Part shown: one piece after another, positions 29,281 through 38,935 of the stretch
How the letters are laid out: every line of letters begins with the position of its first letter
How positions within the stretch are numbered: position 1 is the stretch's first letter
Source of the DNA: an uncultured Gammaproteobacteria bacterium
Lineage (GTDB): Bacteria; Pseudomonadota; Gammaproteobacteria; Steroidobacterales; Steroidobacteraceae
NCBI GenBank assembly: GCA_963764065.1
Contig: CAVXRM010000001.1
Coordinates: 58 to 64,057 of the forward strand
Reading direction: 5' to 3'
Length of the DNA stretch: 64,000 bases
Position numbers and translations under genes: made by a program
The notes under the pieces: generated by a model
The model's database searches: none
Told to the model about the DNA's origin: nothing
Seen by the model: the letters and a program-made list of their open reading frames with translations, nothing else

Positions 29281-30318
29281 ATGCGTTATCGGCAAACCCC
29301 AGCACAGAGCGCCGAATTGCTGCGGCTGGTGCTGCCGCGCATTGCCGCGCATGGCGGGCATTACGGGCCGGCTGCTTATTCCGTCTGGTATGAGTATCTG
29401 GCTGGACTGAACCAGCCGCTTAACGCGGAACTGGACAAGCGCCTGCAGGAGCCCGACTCGCTTGCTCCCCCGGATATCGACAAGCTCTACCAGCAATTCG
29501 TCTCCGGACGTGAGCAGCGCGAGGCCGCGAAGATCCAGAGCGGACTCAGTGAGTTGCTGGGCAAGCTGGCCGGCGTCGCCGCAGCCACTGGCCAGGGCAC
29601 CGCCGATTACGCGCGCGCACTCGAGGAATGCGAGCGCGAACTCGCCTCGATCGGCGATGCCGAAGGGCTGCAGCGCGTGCTCAAGTCGCTGGTGCAATCC
29701 ACGGCCGCGGCGCACAGCGCTGCGGAAAAAGTGCAGACCGAGCTGCAGTCCAGTCGCACGGAATTGCAGCAGCTGCGCGACAGCGTCGGCAACCTGCAGA
29801 GTGAAGCGCAGAGCGACCCGCTGACCGGGCTGCTCAACCGCCGAGGCTTCGAGCGCACGGTCGCGGAACTGTATGGTGAGGGCAGCGATGGGCTCGGCAA
29901 GTGCGCCCTGCTGATGGCCGACATCGATCACTTCAAAAAGGTCAACGACACCTATGGTCACCTGATCGGCGACCAGGTGATCAAGGCCGCGGCGCAAGTG
30001 CTGAAATCCGCGATCAAGGGCCGCGACATCGTGGCGCGCTTCGGCGGCGAGGAGTTCGTGGTGCTGCTGCCTGATACGCCGGCGAAAGGCGCGCTGGCGC
30101 TGGCCGAGCAGATCCGCACGGCCTTCGGCAAGCTGCGCATCCGCCGCCAGGGAAGCGATGAACTGATCGCCCAGGTCTCGATCTCGATCGGCGTGGCAAC
30201 GCCGCTCGCCGGTGAAAGCGTGGAACACGCGATCGATCGCGCCGACCAGGCGCTCTACCGCGCCAAGAACGAGGGGCGCAATTGCGTACGGCTTGCGGAC
30301 AGCGCCGTCGCCGCCTGA
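29281..30318 (+). CDS. diguanylate cyclase (GGDEF domain)
   Basis: Coiled-coil N-terminus, then DPLTGLLNRR and RFGGEEFVVLL (GGEEF). Confidence 0.9.
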   Translation: MRYRQTPAQSAELLRLVLPRIAAHGGHYGPAAYSVWYEYLAGLNQPLNAELDKRLQEPDSLAPPDIDKLYQQFVSGREQREAAKIQSGLSELLGKLAGVAAATGQGTADYARALEECERELASIGDAEGLQRVLKSLVQSTAAAHSAAEKVQTELQSSRTELQQLRDSVGNLQSEAQSDPLTGLLNRRGFERTVAELYGEGSDGLGKCALLMADIDHFKKVNDTYGHLIGDQVIKAAAQVLKSAIKGRDIVARFGGEEFVVLLPDTPAKGALALAEQIRTAFGKLRIRRQGSDELIAQVSISIGVATPLAGESVEHAIDRADQALYRAKNEGRNCVRLADSAVAA

Positions 30319-30358
30319 GTTCCGCGCCTGGTTCCGCCGCCTGGGTTAGGATGGCGGC

Positions 30359-30856
30359 ATGAGTTTCACCCTGACTGCGCCCACTGGTGCGACCGGCGCC
30401 GCGCGCTATGCCGACCTGCACCAGGCCCTGCAGGGCCTGCTGGCCGGCGAGCGCGATCTGCTCGCCAACACGGCCAACATGGCGGCACTGGTGTTTCACC
30501 TGCTTCCTGATCTGAACTGGGCCGGCTGGTATTTCCTGCGTGGCCAACAACTGGTGCTCGGTCCCTTCCAGGGCAAGCCGGCCTGTGTGCGCATCGACAT
30601 GGGTCGCGGTGTCTGCGGCACTGCTGCGCTAAGCCGTCAGTCGGTACGGGTAAGCGACGTGCATGCATTCCCCGGCCACATTGCCTGCGATGCGGCATCG
30701 CGCTCGGAGCTGGTGGTGCCGGCATTGCGCGCCGATGGCAGCCTGCTCGGCGTCTTCGATCTCGACAGCCCGTCGCTGGCGCGATTCACCGCTGAAGACC
30801 AGCAGGGCATCGAGAACGCAGTGCGGGCGCTGATTCTCGCCAGCGACTGCAGTTGA
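30359..30856 (+). CDS. GAF domain protein (free methionine-R-sulfoxide reductase-like)
   Basis: NWAGWYF...LGPFQGKPACVRI..GRGVCGTAA signature. Confidence 0.8.
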   Translation: MSFTLTAPTGATGAARYADLHQALQGLLAGERDLLANTANMAALVFHLLPDLNWAGWYFLRGQQLVLGPFQGKPACVRIDMGRGVCGTAALSRQSVRVSDVHAFPGHIACDAASRSELVVPALRADGSLLGVFDLDSPSLARFTAEDQQGIENAVRALILASDCS

Positions 30857-31235
30857 TTCGATCCTCAGCGGTCAAATTCACCGGCAGCGGTTAAATCGTG
30901 CGCATAGCTGCGGGGTTTATCCGGGCATAATCGCCGTGCTTATTCCATAACGCTGCAGCGCGCATTGCGTTGACAGACTTCTGCGCGATTTGCGTGAGCG
31001 CCATCATGGAAAGCCGGGGCATGCAGACGGCATGCTGTAACCATGGAAACCAAAGACACGTTCATGCGCTTTGTCGTCATCGGCTCGATCGTCGTGGTAG
31101 GCGCGCTCGCGTTTATCGTACGCATGCATGCCTGATGAGAGTGGGCCGCGCCGCTAAAGAACTTTTCCAGCGGCCCCGGACTCTATACTAGGATAGAAGA
31201 CCAGATCCGGGCTGTCGTCCGGGCAGGAGGGGTCA

Positions 31236-31847
31236 ATGTCAGCGTATAGAATTCCGGGAATACTGGCCGCCGCCGTTGCTGTAGCGCTCAGCGGTTGTGC
31301 CTTGCAGGCGCGCACCGATAGCGATGCCAAAGCTTCCGTGGGCATGTGCCACACCTACACTTTTGGCGATACCGAGCAGAAGCATCCCGATTCCGCGCCG
31401 GCCTTTGGCAATCCCCTGAATGAGAAGCGCCTGCGCGAAGCCATCCAGGCGAAGCTGAACGAGCGCGGCATGCAGCCCGCCACGGAATCCGCGGCCGATT
31501 GCGCCGTGGGTTATGCGATCGGCTCGCGCCTCGCACTCGATGATGCCTATCCGCGCGCCGGCTGGGGCTGGAGCTGGGGCATGGGTTGGGGCTGGGGCCG
31601 ACGCGGCAGTTTCGGTTCACTGGCCTGGGATTCCGGCCCGCGTGATTACCGTGAAGGCCGGGTATCGGTGAATCTCTTCAACGCCCACAGCCATGAAGCC
31701 CTCTGGCATGCCTATGTCGATGTGGACGTCACACGCCTGACCGGTGCCGAAGCCGAAAAGCGCATCAATGAAGCGGTCACGGCCATCTTCGCCAAGTTTC
31801 CCGCTGCTGCAGCGGTAGCTCCGGCCGCGCCGGCGGTGAAGAGCTGA
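31236..31847 (+). CDS. DUF4136-like lipoprotein
   Basis: Lipobox ALSGCA and an AGGAGG RBS. The Gly/Trp-rich GWGWSWGMGWGWG segment is unusual. Confidence 0.7.
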   Translation: MSAYRIPGILAAAVAVALSGCALQARTDSDAKASVGMCHTYTFGDTEQKHPDSAPAFGNPLNEKRLREAIQAKLNERGMQPATESAADCAVGYAIGSRLALDDAYPRAGWGWSWGMGWGWGRRGSFGSLAWDSGPRDYREGRVSVNLFNAHSHEALWHAYVDVDVTRLTGAEAEKRINEAVTAIFAKFPAAAAVAPAAPAVKS

Positions 31848-31978
31848 GCCAAGGCCGGCGCATGACGGCGCGCTGATTACGGCGCCGTCATGATTAAGCG
31901 CATGTCACGAACGGATTGCTCCTGGCGGGTAATACTTTGCGCCGCCCGCAAGGGTTCAATCAATTCAGGAGCAATGCA

Positions 31979-32203
31979 ATGAAATCCCAGATCGCCGTTG
32001 TCGCAGCTGCCGTGGCTGCACTGTCCGCTGCCCCCATGTTCGCCCTGGCCGCTGACGCCGCGGCTCCGGCTGCAACGGCTCCCGCCGCCAAGCCGGCCGC
32101 TTCGGCCGATGCCAAGAAGAGTGGCCACAAGGGTCACCACCACCACCACGCTCATGCCAAGGGTAGTGATACCAGCGCGGCGCCGGCCAGCCCGACCAAG
32201 TAA
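31979..32203 (+). CDS. small secreted Ala/His-rich protein (74 aa)
   Basis: AGGAG RBS, signal peptide, and a KKSGHKGHHHHHAHAKG tract. Followed by a strong terminator. Confidence 0.55.
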   Translation: MKSQIAVVAAAVAALSAAPMFALAADAAAPAATAPAAKPAASADAKKSGHKGHHHHHAHAKGSDTSAAPASPTK

Positions 32204-32231
32204 GACATCCCCCTTACAGACTGGTTTGGAG

Positions 32232-32260
32232 CAGGGCGCCATGGGGCGCCCTGTTTTTTT
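32232..32260 (+). terminator. rho-independent terminator
   Basis: CAGGGCGCC-ATGG-GGCGCCCTG hairpin followed by TTTTTTT. Confidence 0.85.
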
Positions 32261-32332
32261 GCGGCACTATATGCACGCCGAAGGATCACAATAGGCGTAG
32301 GGAATGAATCGCTGACCAGCGAGGGTAACAAG

Positions 32333-34333
32333 ATGGAACCTGCTCGACCGGTTGTAACTGCACGGCCCATGCGCTTGGCGTGGCCGGCACTGCTGCTGTT
32401 GTGTGGCGCACTGCTGTGCGCCGTGCGCGCGAGCGCCGATAGTGGTGACATCGACGACCCGCCGGGTCGCGTGGCGCGCGTCAATCTGCTCGATGGCCAC
32501 GGCTCGGTGCAACTCGCGGGCAGCGAGAGCTGGGTCGATGACCTGGTGAACCGCCCGCTCACCGGCGGCGACAAATTGTGGATCGAATCGGGCGCGCGCG
32601 CCGAAGTACATATTGGCTCCGCGGTATTGCGCCTGGGCGCCAGCACCGCGCTGCAGCTCATCACCATCGACGATCGCACCATCCGCCTGCGCGTGACCGC
32701 TGGCGCGCTGAGCGTGCGGCTGCGCCAGCTCGATACCGACGAAGTGTTCAACATCGAAACGCCGGCCGGTGACATCGAACTGATGGAGCCGGGTGGCTAT
32801 CGCCTCGATGTCGCCGATCGCGACGAGCGTGCGCGCATCGCCGTGTGGAGCGGACGCGCGCGCGTGCAGGGCGATGGTGGCATGCAGATGCTGCATACCA
32901 ACGAGAGCGCCGAGATTTTCGGCGGCGATCAACCGGGCATCGAAGTGGCCGCGGCCGGCGCCACCGACAGCCTCGACCTGTGGGCCGAAGATCGCGACCG
33001 GCGCGAAGATGAATCGCGCTCGGCGCGCTACGTCTCGCGCGATGTGGTGGGCTACGAGACCCTGGATGGCTATGGCGACTGGGTGGTCGATCCGAGCTAT
33101 GGCTCAGTGTGGGTGCCGCAGCATCTGGCCTACGACTGGGCGCCTTTCAGGTTCGGCTACTGGACCTGGGTCGGCCCCTGGGGCTGGACCTGGATCGACG
33201 ATGCGCCCTGGGGTTTCGCACCCTGTCACTACGGTCGCTGGATACATCGTCGCGAAGGCTGGGGCTGGGTGCCGGGCCCCGTGCATGGGCACCGGCCGAT
33301 CTTTGCGCCGGCACTGGTAGCCTGGGTTGGTGCGCGTCCCGATCGTTACACCGATCCGCGCCATGCGCCGCGCGTGGGCTGGGTGCCGCTGGGCTACAAC
33401 GAAGTGTACCGGCCGCCCTATCACGCGAGCCGCAACTACCTGCAGAACACCAACGCCAGCAATACGCACCTGGAGCGCGGCGTGCTGACGCGCACGCTCG
33501 ATCAGATGCGCGACGACGACGCGCACGATGGCCAGCGCGGGCAGCATCGTTACATGCATCAGGACGTGCCGGGCGCCGTGACCACCGTGTCGCGCGATAC
33601 CTTTGTCTCGGCGCGCCCGGTGGGGCGGAACCTGCTCAAGCCGAGCGCCGAGGATTTGCGCGGCGCCAATGTGCGTACTGGTCCGATCGACATCAAGCCC
33701 GGCGCACAAAGCTTCGGGCGCGAATTGCCGCGCGACCGTCCGGTCTCGCGTCCCGATCGCGCGCTCTTCGAGCGGCCGGTGATGTCATCGAATCCGGAGG
33801 TGAGTCCGCGCGGCACGCCAGTGCGCGTACCGGGTACGCTGCCGCAACGGCGCGTGGAAGTATCGGATACGCCGGCGCGTGCGCCCGCACCTGCGCCCGA
33901 ACGGCCCGGCGCCTTTACGCCGCGCAGTGCGCCGCAGCCGCCGCCGCCCGTGCGGGAAGCGCCGGTGCGCCAGACGCCAATACGCGAAGTGCCGGTGCGC
34001 GAAGTGCCATCGATACGCGAGGTGCCGTCAACGCGCGAAATGCCGCCGGCACGCTCAGGCTCTCCGGTACGCGAAATACCGCCACCGCGTGAGATGCCGC
34101 CGCAGCGCGAACAGCCACAGCACCGTGAAGTGCCGCCACCACGTGAAGCGCCGCCAGTAAATCTGCCACCGCCGCGCCCGGTGCAGGTGACGCCGCGCCC
34201 CACGTACACGCCGCAGCCGCCGCCCGTGCAACACACGGAGCGCCCGCCGCCGCAGTCATCGCCGCCGCCAGCGCATGTGCATCAGGATCACGCCGACCGT
34301 TCCGATCACGGGCGCGGTCACTATCGCGACTGA
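32333..34333 (+). CDS. FecR/DUF6600-like secreted protein with Pro-rich repetitive C-terminus
   Basis: Signal peptide, a FecR-like beta region, a W-rich YGxW/WGW block (GYWTWVGPWGWTWIDDAPWGF), and C-terminal REVP/REMPP repeats. Confidence 0.6.
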   Translation: MEPARPVVTARPMRLAWPALLLLCGALLCAVRASADSGDIDDPPGRVARVNLLDGHGSVQLAGSESWVDDLVNRPLTGGDKLWIESGARAEVHIGSAVLRLGASTALQLITIDDRTIRLRVTAGALSVRLRQLDTDEVFNIETPAGDIELMEPGGYRLDVADRDERARIAVWSGRARVQGDGGMQMLHTNESAEIFGGDQPGIEVAAAGATDSLDLWAEDRDRREDESRSARYVSRDVVGYETLDGYGDWVVDPSYGSVWVPQHLAYDWAPFRFGYWTWVGPWGWTWIDDAPWGFAPCHYGRWIHRREGWGWVPGPVHGHRPIFAPALVAWVGARPDRYTDPRHAPRVGWVPLGYNEVYRPPYHASRNYLQNTNASNTHLERGVLTRTLDQMRDDDAHDGQRGQHRYMHQDVPGAVTTVSRDTFVSARPVGRNLLKPSAEDLRGANVRTGPIDIKPGAQSFGRELPRDRPVSRPDRALFERPVMSSNPEVSPRGTPVRVPGTLPQRRVEVSDTPARAPAPAPERPGAFTPRSAPQPPPPVREAPVRQTPIREVPVREVPSIREVPSTREMPPARSGSPVREIPPPREMPPQREQPQHREVPPPREAPPVNLPPPRPVQVTPRPTYTPQPPPVQHTERPPPQSSPPPAHVHQDHADRSDHGRGHYRD

Positions 34334-34342
34334 TCGCTGCCC

Positions 34343-34891
34343 TCAGCGCGACGGCCTGGCGGCGGTGCGCCAGGCGTCGCGATCGATCGCGTAGATCACG
34401 TTGATGTTGGCGGTCTCGCCGTAGTACGCGACCGGCGCCGAGCCGATGTACACACCGCCCAGCCGTTCCATCGCGACGCGCGAGCGCCGGTTGTTCTCGC
34501 CCACATGAAACACCACGCGCTGCAGTTGCCCGAAGGCGTGATCGAGCATCAGTGTCTTCATCGAACGGTTGCTGCCACCGCCCCAGTGACTGCGCGCCAG
34601 GAAGGTGTAGCCGATGGCCACGGTGCCAGCGCTCTCGTCGAGCTCGTAGTAGCGCGTGCTGCCGATCACCTCGCCCGAGCTGGCATCGCTGACCAGGAAT
34701 GCACCGCCCGATTGCATCGCGCCCTGGAAAAAAGTGCTGAATACTTCGTGACGATAGCGATCCCGATTGGGGTGTTGCTCCCAGATCAGGGGATCACTGG
34801 CTACCGCGTAGAGCGCGGGAAAATCTTCGGCCTGCAAGGGGCGCAGGCGCACCAGCGCATCTTCCAGTCGGGGTTGCAGGTTGAAAGCCAC
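34343..34891 (-). CDS. GNAT-family N-acetyltransferase (RimJ/RimL-like)
   Basis: 182 aa. LRPL..EDFP..Y N-terminus and an HWGGGSNRSMKTLML core. Confidence 0.8.
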   Translation of the reverse strand: MAFNLQPRLEDALVRLRPLQAEDFPALYAVASDPLIWEQHPNRDRYRHEVFSTFFQGAMQSGGAFLVSDASSGEVIGSTRYYELDESAGTVAIGYTFLARSHWGGGSNRSMKTLMLDHAFGQLQRVVFHVGENNRRSRVAMERLGGVYIGSAPVAYYGETANINVIYAIDRDAWRTAARPSR

Positions 34892-34951
34892 GGCGCTACT
34901 GGGACAGTGTGCGGCTGAGTCTTTGCGCGGCTGCGTCGGAGTGCGACAGCG

Positions 34952-35761
34952 TCAGGGCTTGGCGGCCGCACTGTACAGCGGCAGCACGCGCGGCAACAAC
35001 GCCTGCAGGTCCGCCTGGCGGGTGCTGCTGGAAGGGTGCGTGCTCAGGAACGGCGGCGTGCTGCCACCGCCAGCCTGGGCCATCTTCTGCCACAGCGTCA
35101 GCGCAGCGTGCGGATCGTAGCCGGCGCGCGCCATCAGTTCGAGGCCGACGCGATCGGCTTCGGATTCCTGCACGCGGCTGCGCGGCAGACCGAAGGTGAC
35201 CTGCGTGATCATGCCGGCGAGCTGCACGCCCGAATCGCCGATGCCCGTCAACGCGCCCAGCGCGCCCAGGCCAAGCTGCTCGGCATAGGCGCGCGATACC
35301 GCTTCGCGGCTGTGCTCGCGCAGGGCGTGGGCCATTTCATGGCCGATGACCGTGGCGAGTTCGGCGTCGCTGAGTTTCAGTTTGTCGATCAGCCCGCTGT
35401 ACACCATGATCTTGCCGCCCGGCATGCAGTAGGCGTTGAGCTCGCTGGTGGTCTGGACGTTGACATCCCATGCCCATTGGGCCGCGTCGGGCCGGAACAC
35501 CGTGGTCTGCTTGATCAGTCGTTCGGAGATCGTGCGCACGCGCTTTGATTGCGCAGCATCGGTATTGAGCTGGCCCTTTTCGCGCGCCTTGCCCAGTTCG
35601 TCGGCATAGGATTTGAGCGCACCCTGTTCGACGTCGGCTTCGGAAACCAGCATCACCTGTTTGCGATCCACGCCCACCGCACCTGGCGCTGTGGTGTGCA
35701 CAGACTGGCAGCCGCCCAGCAGCAGGGCCGCGCAGGTCGTAGCAAAGATGAGGTATTTCAT
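34952..35761 (-). CDS. M48-family metallopeptidase lipoprotein
   Basis: Lipobox LLLGGCQ and the HEMAHALREH (HExxH) motif. Confidence 0.85.
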   Translation of the reverse strand: MKYLIFATTCAALLLGGCQSVHTTAPGAVGVDRKQVMLVSEADVEQGALKSYADELGKAREKGQLNTDAAQSKRVRTISERLIKQTTVFRPDAAQWAWDVNVQTTSELNAYCMPGGKIMVYSGLIDKLKLSDAELATVIGHEMAHALREHSREAVSRAYAEQLGLGALGALTGIGDSGVQLAGMITQVTFGLPRSRVQESEADRVGLELMARAGYDPHAALTLWQKMAQAGGGSTPPFLSTHPSSSTRQADLQALLPRVLPLYSAAAKP

Positions 35762-35888
35762 ACAGACATCATAGCTGCTGCATGACAGGAGTTTCATCCT
35801 CTGGAAATCAGCGTCCGACTAGGATACCGGCCAGCCCGGTGGCCACGGTGGCCTGCCGGGAACCCAATAACACTCAGGAGCAGAGGCT

Positions 35889-36647
35889 ATGAAGATGTAC
35901 CGTACGATTCTCGGACTCGGCGTCGGCCTGCTGGCGGCGTTGGTGGTCCAGGCGCAGGCGCCCGCGGCTGCGCCGGCTGGTACGACCGGCCTGTGCAAAG
36001 ACGGCAGCTACTATTCTGGCGCCAGCAAGCAAGGCGCCTGTCGTGGACACAAGGGCGTGAAGGATTGGTACGGCGCGAGCGGCGCTGCAGCTGCAGCGGC
36101 TGCACCCGCGGCTGCGGCGCCTGCCAAGGCCGCATCGCATCGCACCTCAAAGAAGGAGCGCGCGGCGGCTGAAGCGGCTGCGGCACCTGCCGCTGCGTCC
36201 GCCACTGCTGCCGCCGGGCCCGCGCCCGCCGGCGCGACTGGCCTGTGCAAGGACGGCAGCTACTACACTGGCGCCACCAAGCAGGGCGCTTGCCGCGGCC
36301 ACAAAGGCGTGAAGGATTGGTACGGCGCCGCGAGCGCCGCTGCCGCGCCTGCCGCTGCCGCCAGCGCGCCACGTGCGGCAGCGCCCGCAGCGCCCGCTGC
36401 TGCAGCGCCCGCCGCCGCAGCCCCCGCGGCTACCGCCGCGGCAGCACCTGCTGCGCCACGTTATGCACCTCCGGCAACGGCTGCCCCGGGCGGCGGTGCG
36501 GGCCAGGTGTGGGTCAACACCAAGTCGAAGGTCTATCACTGCCAGGGTGACTTCAACTACGGCAAGACCAAGGAAGGCGAGTACATGACCGAGGCCGCTG
36601 CCAAGGCGGCCGGCGCGCGGCCGGCGCGCGGCAAGGCCTGCCAGTAA
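35889..36647 (+). CDS. DUF3761-repeat secreted protein with poly-Ala linkers
   Basis: Signal peptide. GLCKDGSYY[ST]GA[ST]KQGACRGHKGVKDWYGA occurs twice, separated by Ala-rich spacers. Confidence 0.7.
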   Translation: MKMYRTILGLGVGLLAALVVQAQAPAAAPAGTTGLCKDGSYYSGASKQGACRGHKGVKDWYGASGAAAAAAAPAAAAPAKAASHRTSKKERAAAEAAAAPAAASATAAAGPAPAGATGLCKDGSYYTGATKQGACRGHKGVKDWYGAASAAAAPAAAASAPRAAAPAAPAAAAPAAAAPAATAAAAPAAPRYAPPATAAPGGGAGQVWVNTKSKVYHCQGDFNYGKTKEGEYMTEAAAKAAGARPARGKACQ

Positions 36648-36686
36648 ACCCGTCGGCAGGCGAGAGCAGTCTCGCCAGCACCGCTA

Positions 36687-37331
36687 TCAGGCGGTGCTGG
36701 CGGGCGCCGTGAAGTCGAGGCGCGAGGCTGCGAATTCCGGCAAGGCTTCGCAGCGTTTCACCAGCGCCCTCAAGGCCGGATAGCGCTGCGGCTCTGCAGC
36801 CAGGGCCACCGCGCCATCGAGAAACGTGAGCGCGCAGCTCACACTGATGTCGGCCTGCGTCATGCGATCACCCACCAGCCATTGCCCGTTGCGGGCCGCG
36901 CAGCGCTGCTCGAGTTCCGTGAGCGCACCGGCGACCTGCGTACGCAGCCGCGCCAGCCAGGGCTCGTGCGCCTTGTCCTCGGGGCGAAACACGCGCTCGT
37001 AGACCTGCAGCGCACCCTTCTCGGCCGCGCCCGTGGCCAGCGCCATCAGGTGCAGCGCAGCGCGTCGTGCAGTACCGCTGCGCGGCAGCAGTGCGCGCTC
37101 GGCTCCGGCCAACTCATCCAGGTAGTCGAGTATCGCCGCCGACTCGATCAGGGCGCTGCCATCCTCGAGCAGCAGCACGGGCACCCGGCCCAGCGGGTTG
37201 TGCGCGCGGATGCGCTCGAAATCGCGCCCCACCGACCAGTCGCGATGCTCGAAGGGAATGCCGAGCAGACGCATGCTCACGGCCACGCGGCGCACGAAGG
37301 GCGAATCGAACATGCCGATGAGGATCTTCAT
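36687..37331 (-). CDS. glutathione S-transferase
   Basis: MKILIGMFDSPFVRRV...VPVL..EDG..L.ES.AI is a thioredoxin-like GST N-domain. Confidence 0.85.
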   Translation of the reverse strand: MKILIGMFDSPFVRRVAVSMRLLGIPFEHRDWSVGRDFERIRAHNPLGRVPVLLLEDGSALIESAAILDYLDELAGAERALLPRSGTARRAALHLMALATGAAEKGALQVYERVFRPEDKAHEPWLARLRTQVAGALTELEQRCAARNGQWLVGDRMTQADISVSCALTFLDGAVALAAEPQRYPALRALVKRCEALPEFAASRLDFTAPASTA

Positions 37332-37413
37332 CAGGCGATTATGGCAGAGCAGGATGCCGGCGGGGCAAAGCACTGTGCTTGCGCGCGCGCCCGCAGCGAT
37401 TGCATCATGAGCC

Positions 37414-38284
37414 ATGGAGCATCTGATCAGCACAGCCGCGCTCGAGAGCCAACTGGGCGCGGACGATCTCGTGGTCTGCGATGCCACGCTCTATCTGCCC
37501 GGCGATGCGCGCGTGGCGCGTCCACTGTATGAGGCGGCGCATATTCCTGGCGCACTCTTTTTCGATATCAACGCGATTGCCGATACCGACAGCAGCCTGC
37601 CGCACATGGTGCCCGCCGTGAGTCGCTTCGAGCGCCTGGTGACTGAACTCGGCATCGCCAATGACAGCAGGCTGGTGTTCTACGACCAGCAGGGCCTGTT
37701 CTCGGCGGCGCGGGCCTGGTGGCTGATGCGCCTGTTCGGCCATCGCCAGGTGGCCGTGCTCGATGGTGGCTTGCCGAAATGGCAGCGTGAAGGGCGCGCG
37801 GTGCAAGTCCACTGCCGCATCGACAGGCACGCCGCCGGCCACAGCAACGCAGCGCACTGCGCGTCCACGCTACCAGGCCACGCTGCACGCGCAACGCCTG
37901 CGTGGCATCGGCGACCTGCTCGACAACCTGCACACCCAGCGCGAACTGGTGCTCGACGCGCGCTCCGCGGACCGCTTTCACGCGCGCGCGCCCGAGCCGC
38001 GACCGGGTCTGCGATCAGGCCATATTCCAGGCGCGCGCAGCATTCCCTTTGGCGAGCTGCTGGCGCCCGACCAGACGCTGCTGCCGCGCGGCGCTTTGCT
38101 CGAGCGCTTCGCGCGCGCCGGCGTTGCTGCGGACACTGCGGTCGTGACCAGTTGCGGGTCGGGTGTCACCGCCGCGGTGTTGACGCTCGGACTCGCGGTT
38201 GCCGGATTGCCCGAGGGCGCGTTGTACGACGGCTCGTGGTCCGAGTGGGGCGCACGCATCGACACGCCAGTGCAGGGTTCCTGA
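37414..38284 (+). pseudogene. sseA: 3-mercaptopyruvate/thiosulfate sulfurtransferase (rhodanese), one frameshift near 37807
   Basis: The N-terminal half is in the frame of ORF 37414. The C-terminal half (EPRPGLRSGHIPGA...CGSGVTA) is in the frame of ORF 37763. Confidence 0.8.
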
Positions 38285-38320
38285 GCTGCCGGAGTTACCG
38301 ATACTTGCTGGAGTCGCGCG

Positions 38321-38935
38321 ATGATCACTTTGTATGACTATCTTGATTCGGGCAACGGCTACAAGGCGAGACTGCTGCTCTCGCAACTGGCGATGCCCTA
38401 TCGCTACGTGGAACTCGACATCCTGCAGGGCGCATCGCGCACGCCGCAGTTCCTGGCGAAAAACCCCAATGGCAATGTGCCGGTGCTGGAATTGGCAGAC
38501 GGCCGCTGCCTGCCCGAGTCCGATGCGATACTGTGGTATCTGGCCGAGGGCAGCGCCTTCCTGCCAGCCGACCGTTTCGATCGTGCGCAGGTGCTGCGCT
38601 GGCTGTGCTTCGAGCAGTACAGTCACGAGCCCTACGTGGCCACGCCGCGTTTCATCGTGCGTCACCTGGCCGTCGATAGTCCGCGTCGTGCTGAATTGCC
38701 GCAGCGCCTGACGCGCGGCCGCGCGGCACTGCAGGTGATGGAAGGCCACCTGGCGACGCGCGCGTACTTCGTGGCCGAGCGTTACAGCATTGCGGACATC
38801 GCGCTCTACGCCTACACCCATGTGGCGCCCGATGGCGGACTGGATCTCGAGCCTTACCCGATGGTGCGCAACTGGCTGGCGCGCGTGGCCGCGCAACCAG
38901 GCTACGTGGGTTTGCTCGATCGCCCGCGCGCCTAG
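38321..38935 (+). CDS. glutathione S-transferase
   Basis: GNGYKARLLL...NPNGNVPVLEL..G..L.ES.AILWYL. Confidence 0.85.
   Translation: MITLYDYLDSGNGYKARLLLSQLAMPYRYVELDILQGASRTPQFLAKNPNGNVPVLELADGRCLPESDAILWYLAEGSAFLPADRFDRAQVLRWLCFEQYSHEPYVATPRFIVRHLAVDSPRRAELPQRLTRGRAALQVMEGHLATRAYFVAERYSIADIALYAYTHVAPDGGLDLEPYPMVRNWLARVAAQPGYVGLLDRPRA

Noticed and set aside
28969-30228. 419-aa minus-strand ORF
   Set aside because: Antisense to the GGDEF diguanylate cyclase, which has clear motifs.
31043-31135. 30-codon hydrophobic ORF (METKDTFMRFVVIGSIVVVGALAFIVRMHA) in the 380-bp gap before the DUF4136 gene
   Set aside because: It has no Shine-Dalgarno sequence and no recognisable family. It could be a real small membrane peptide, but the sequence alone does not support it.
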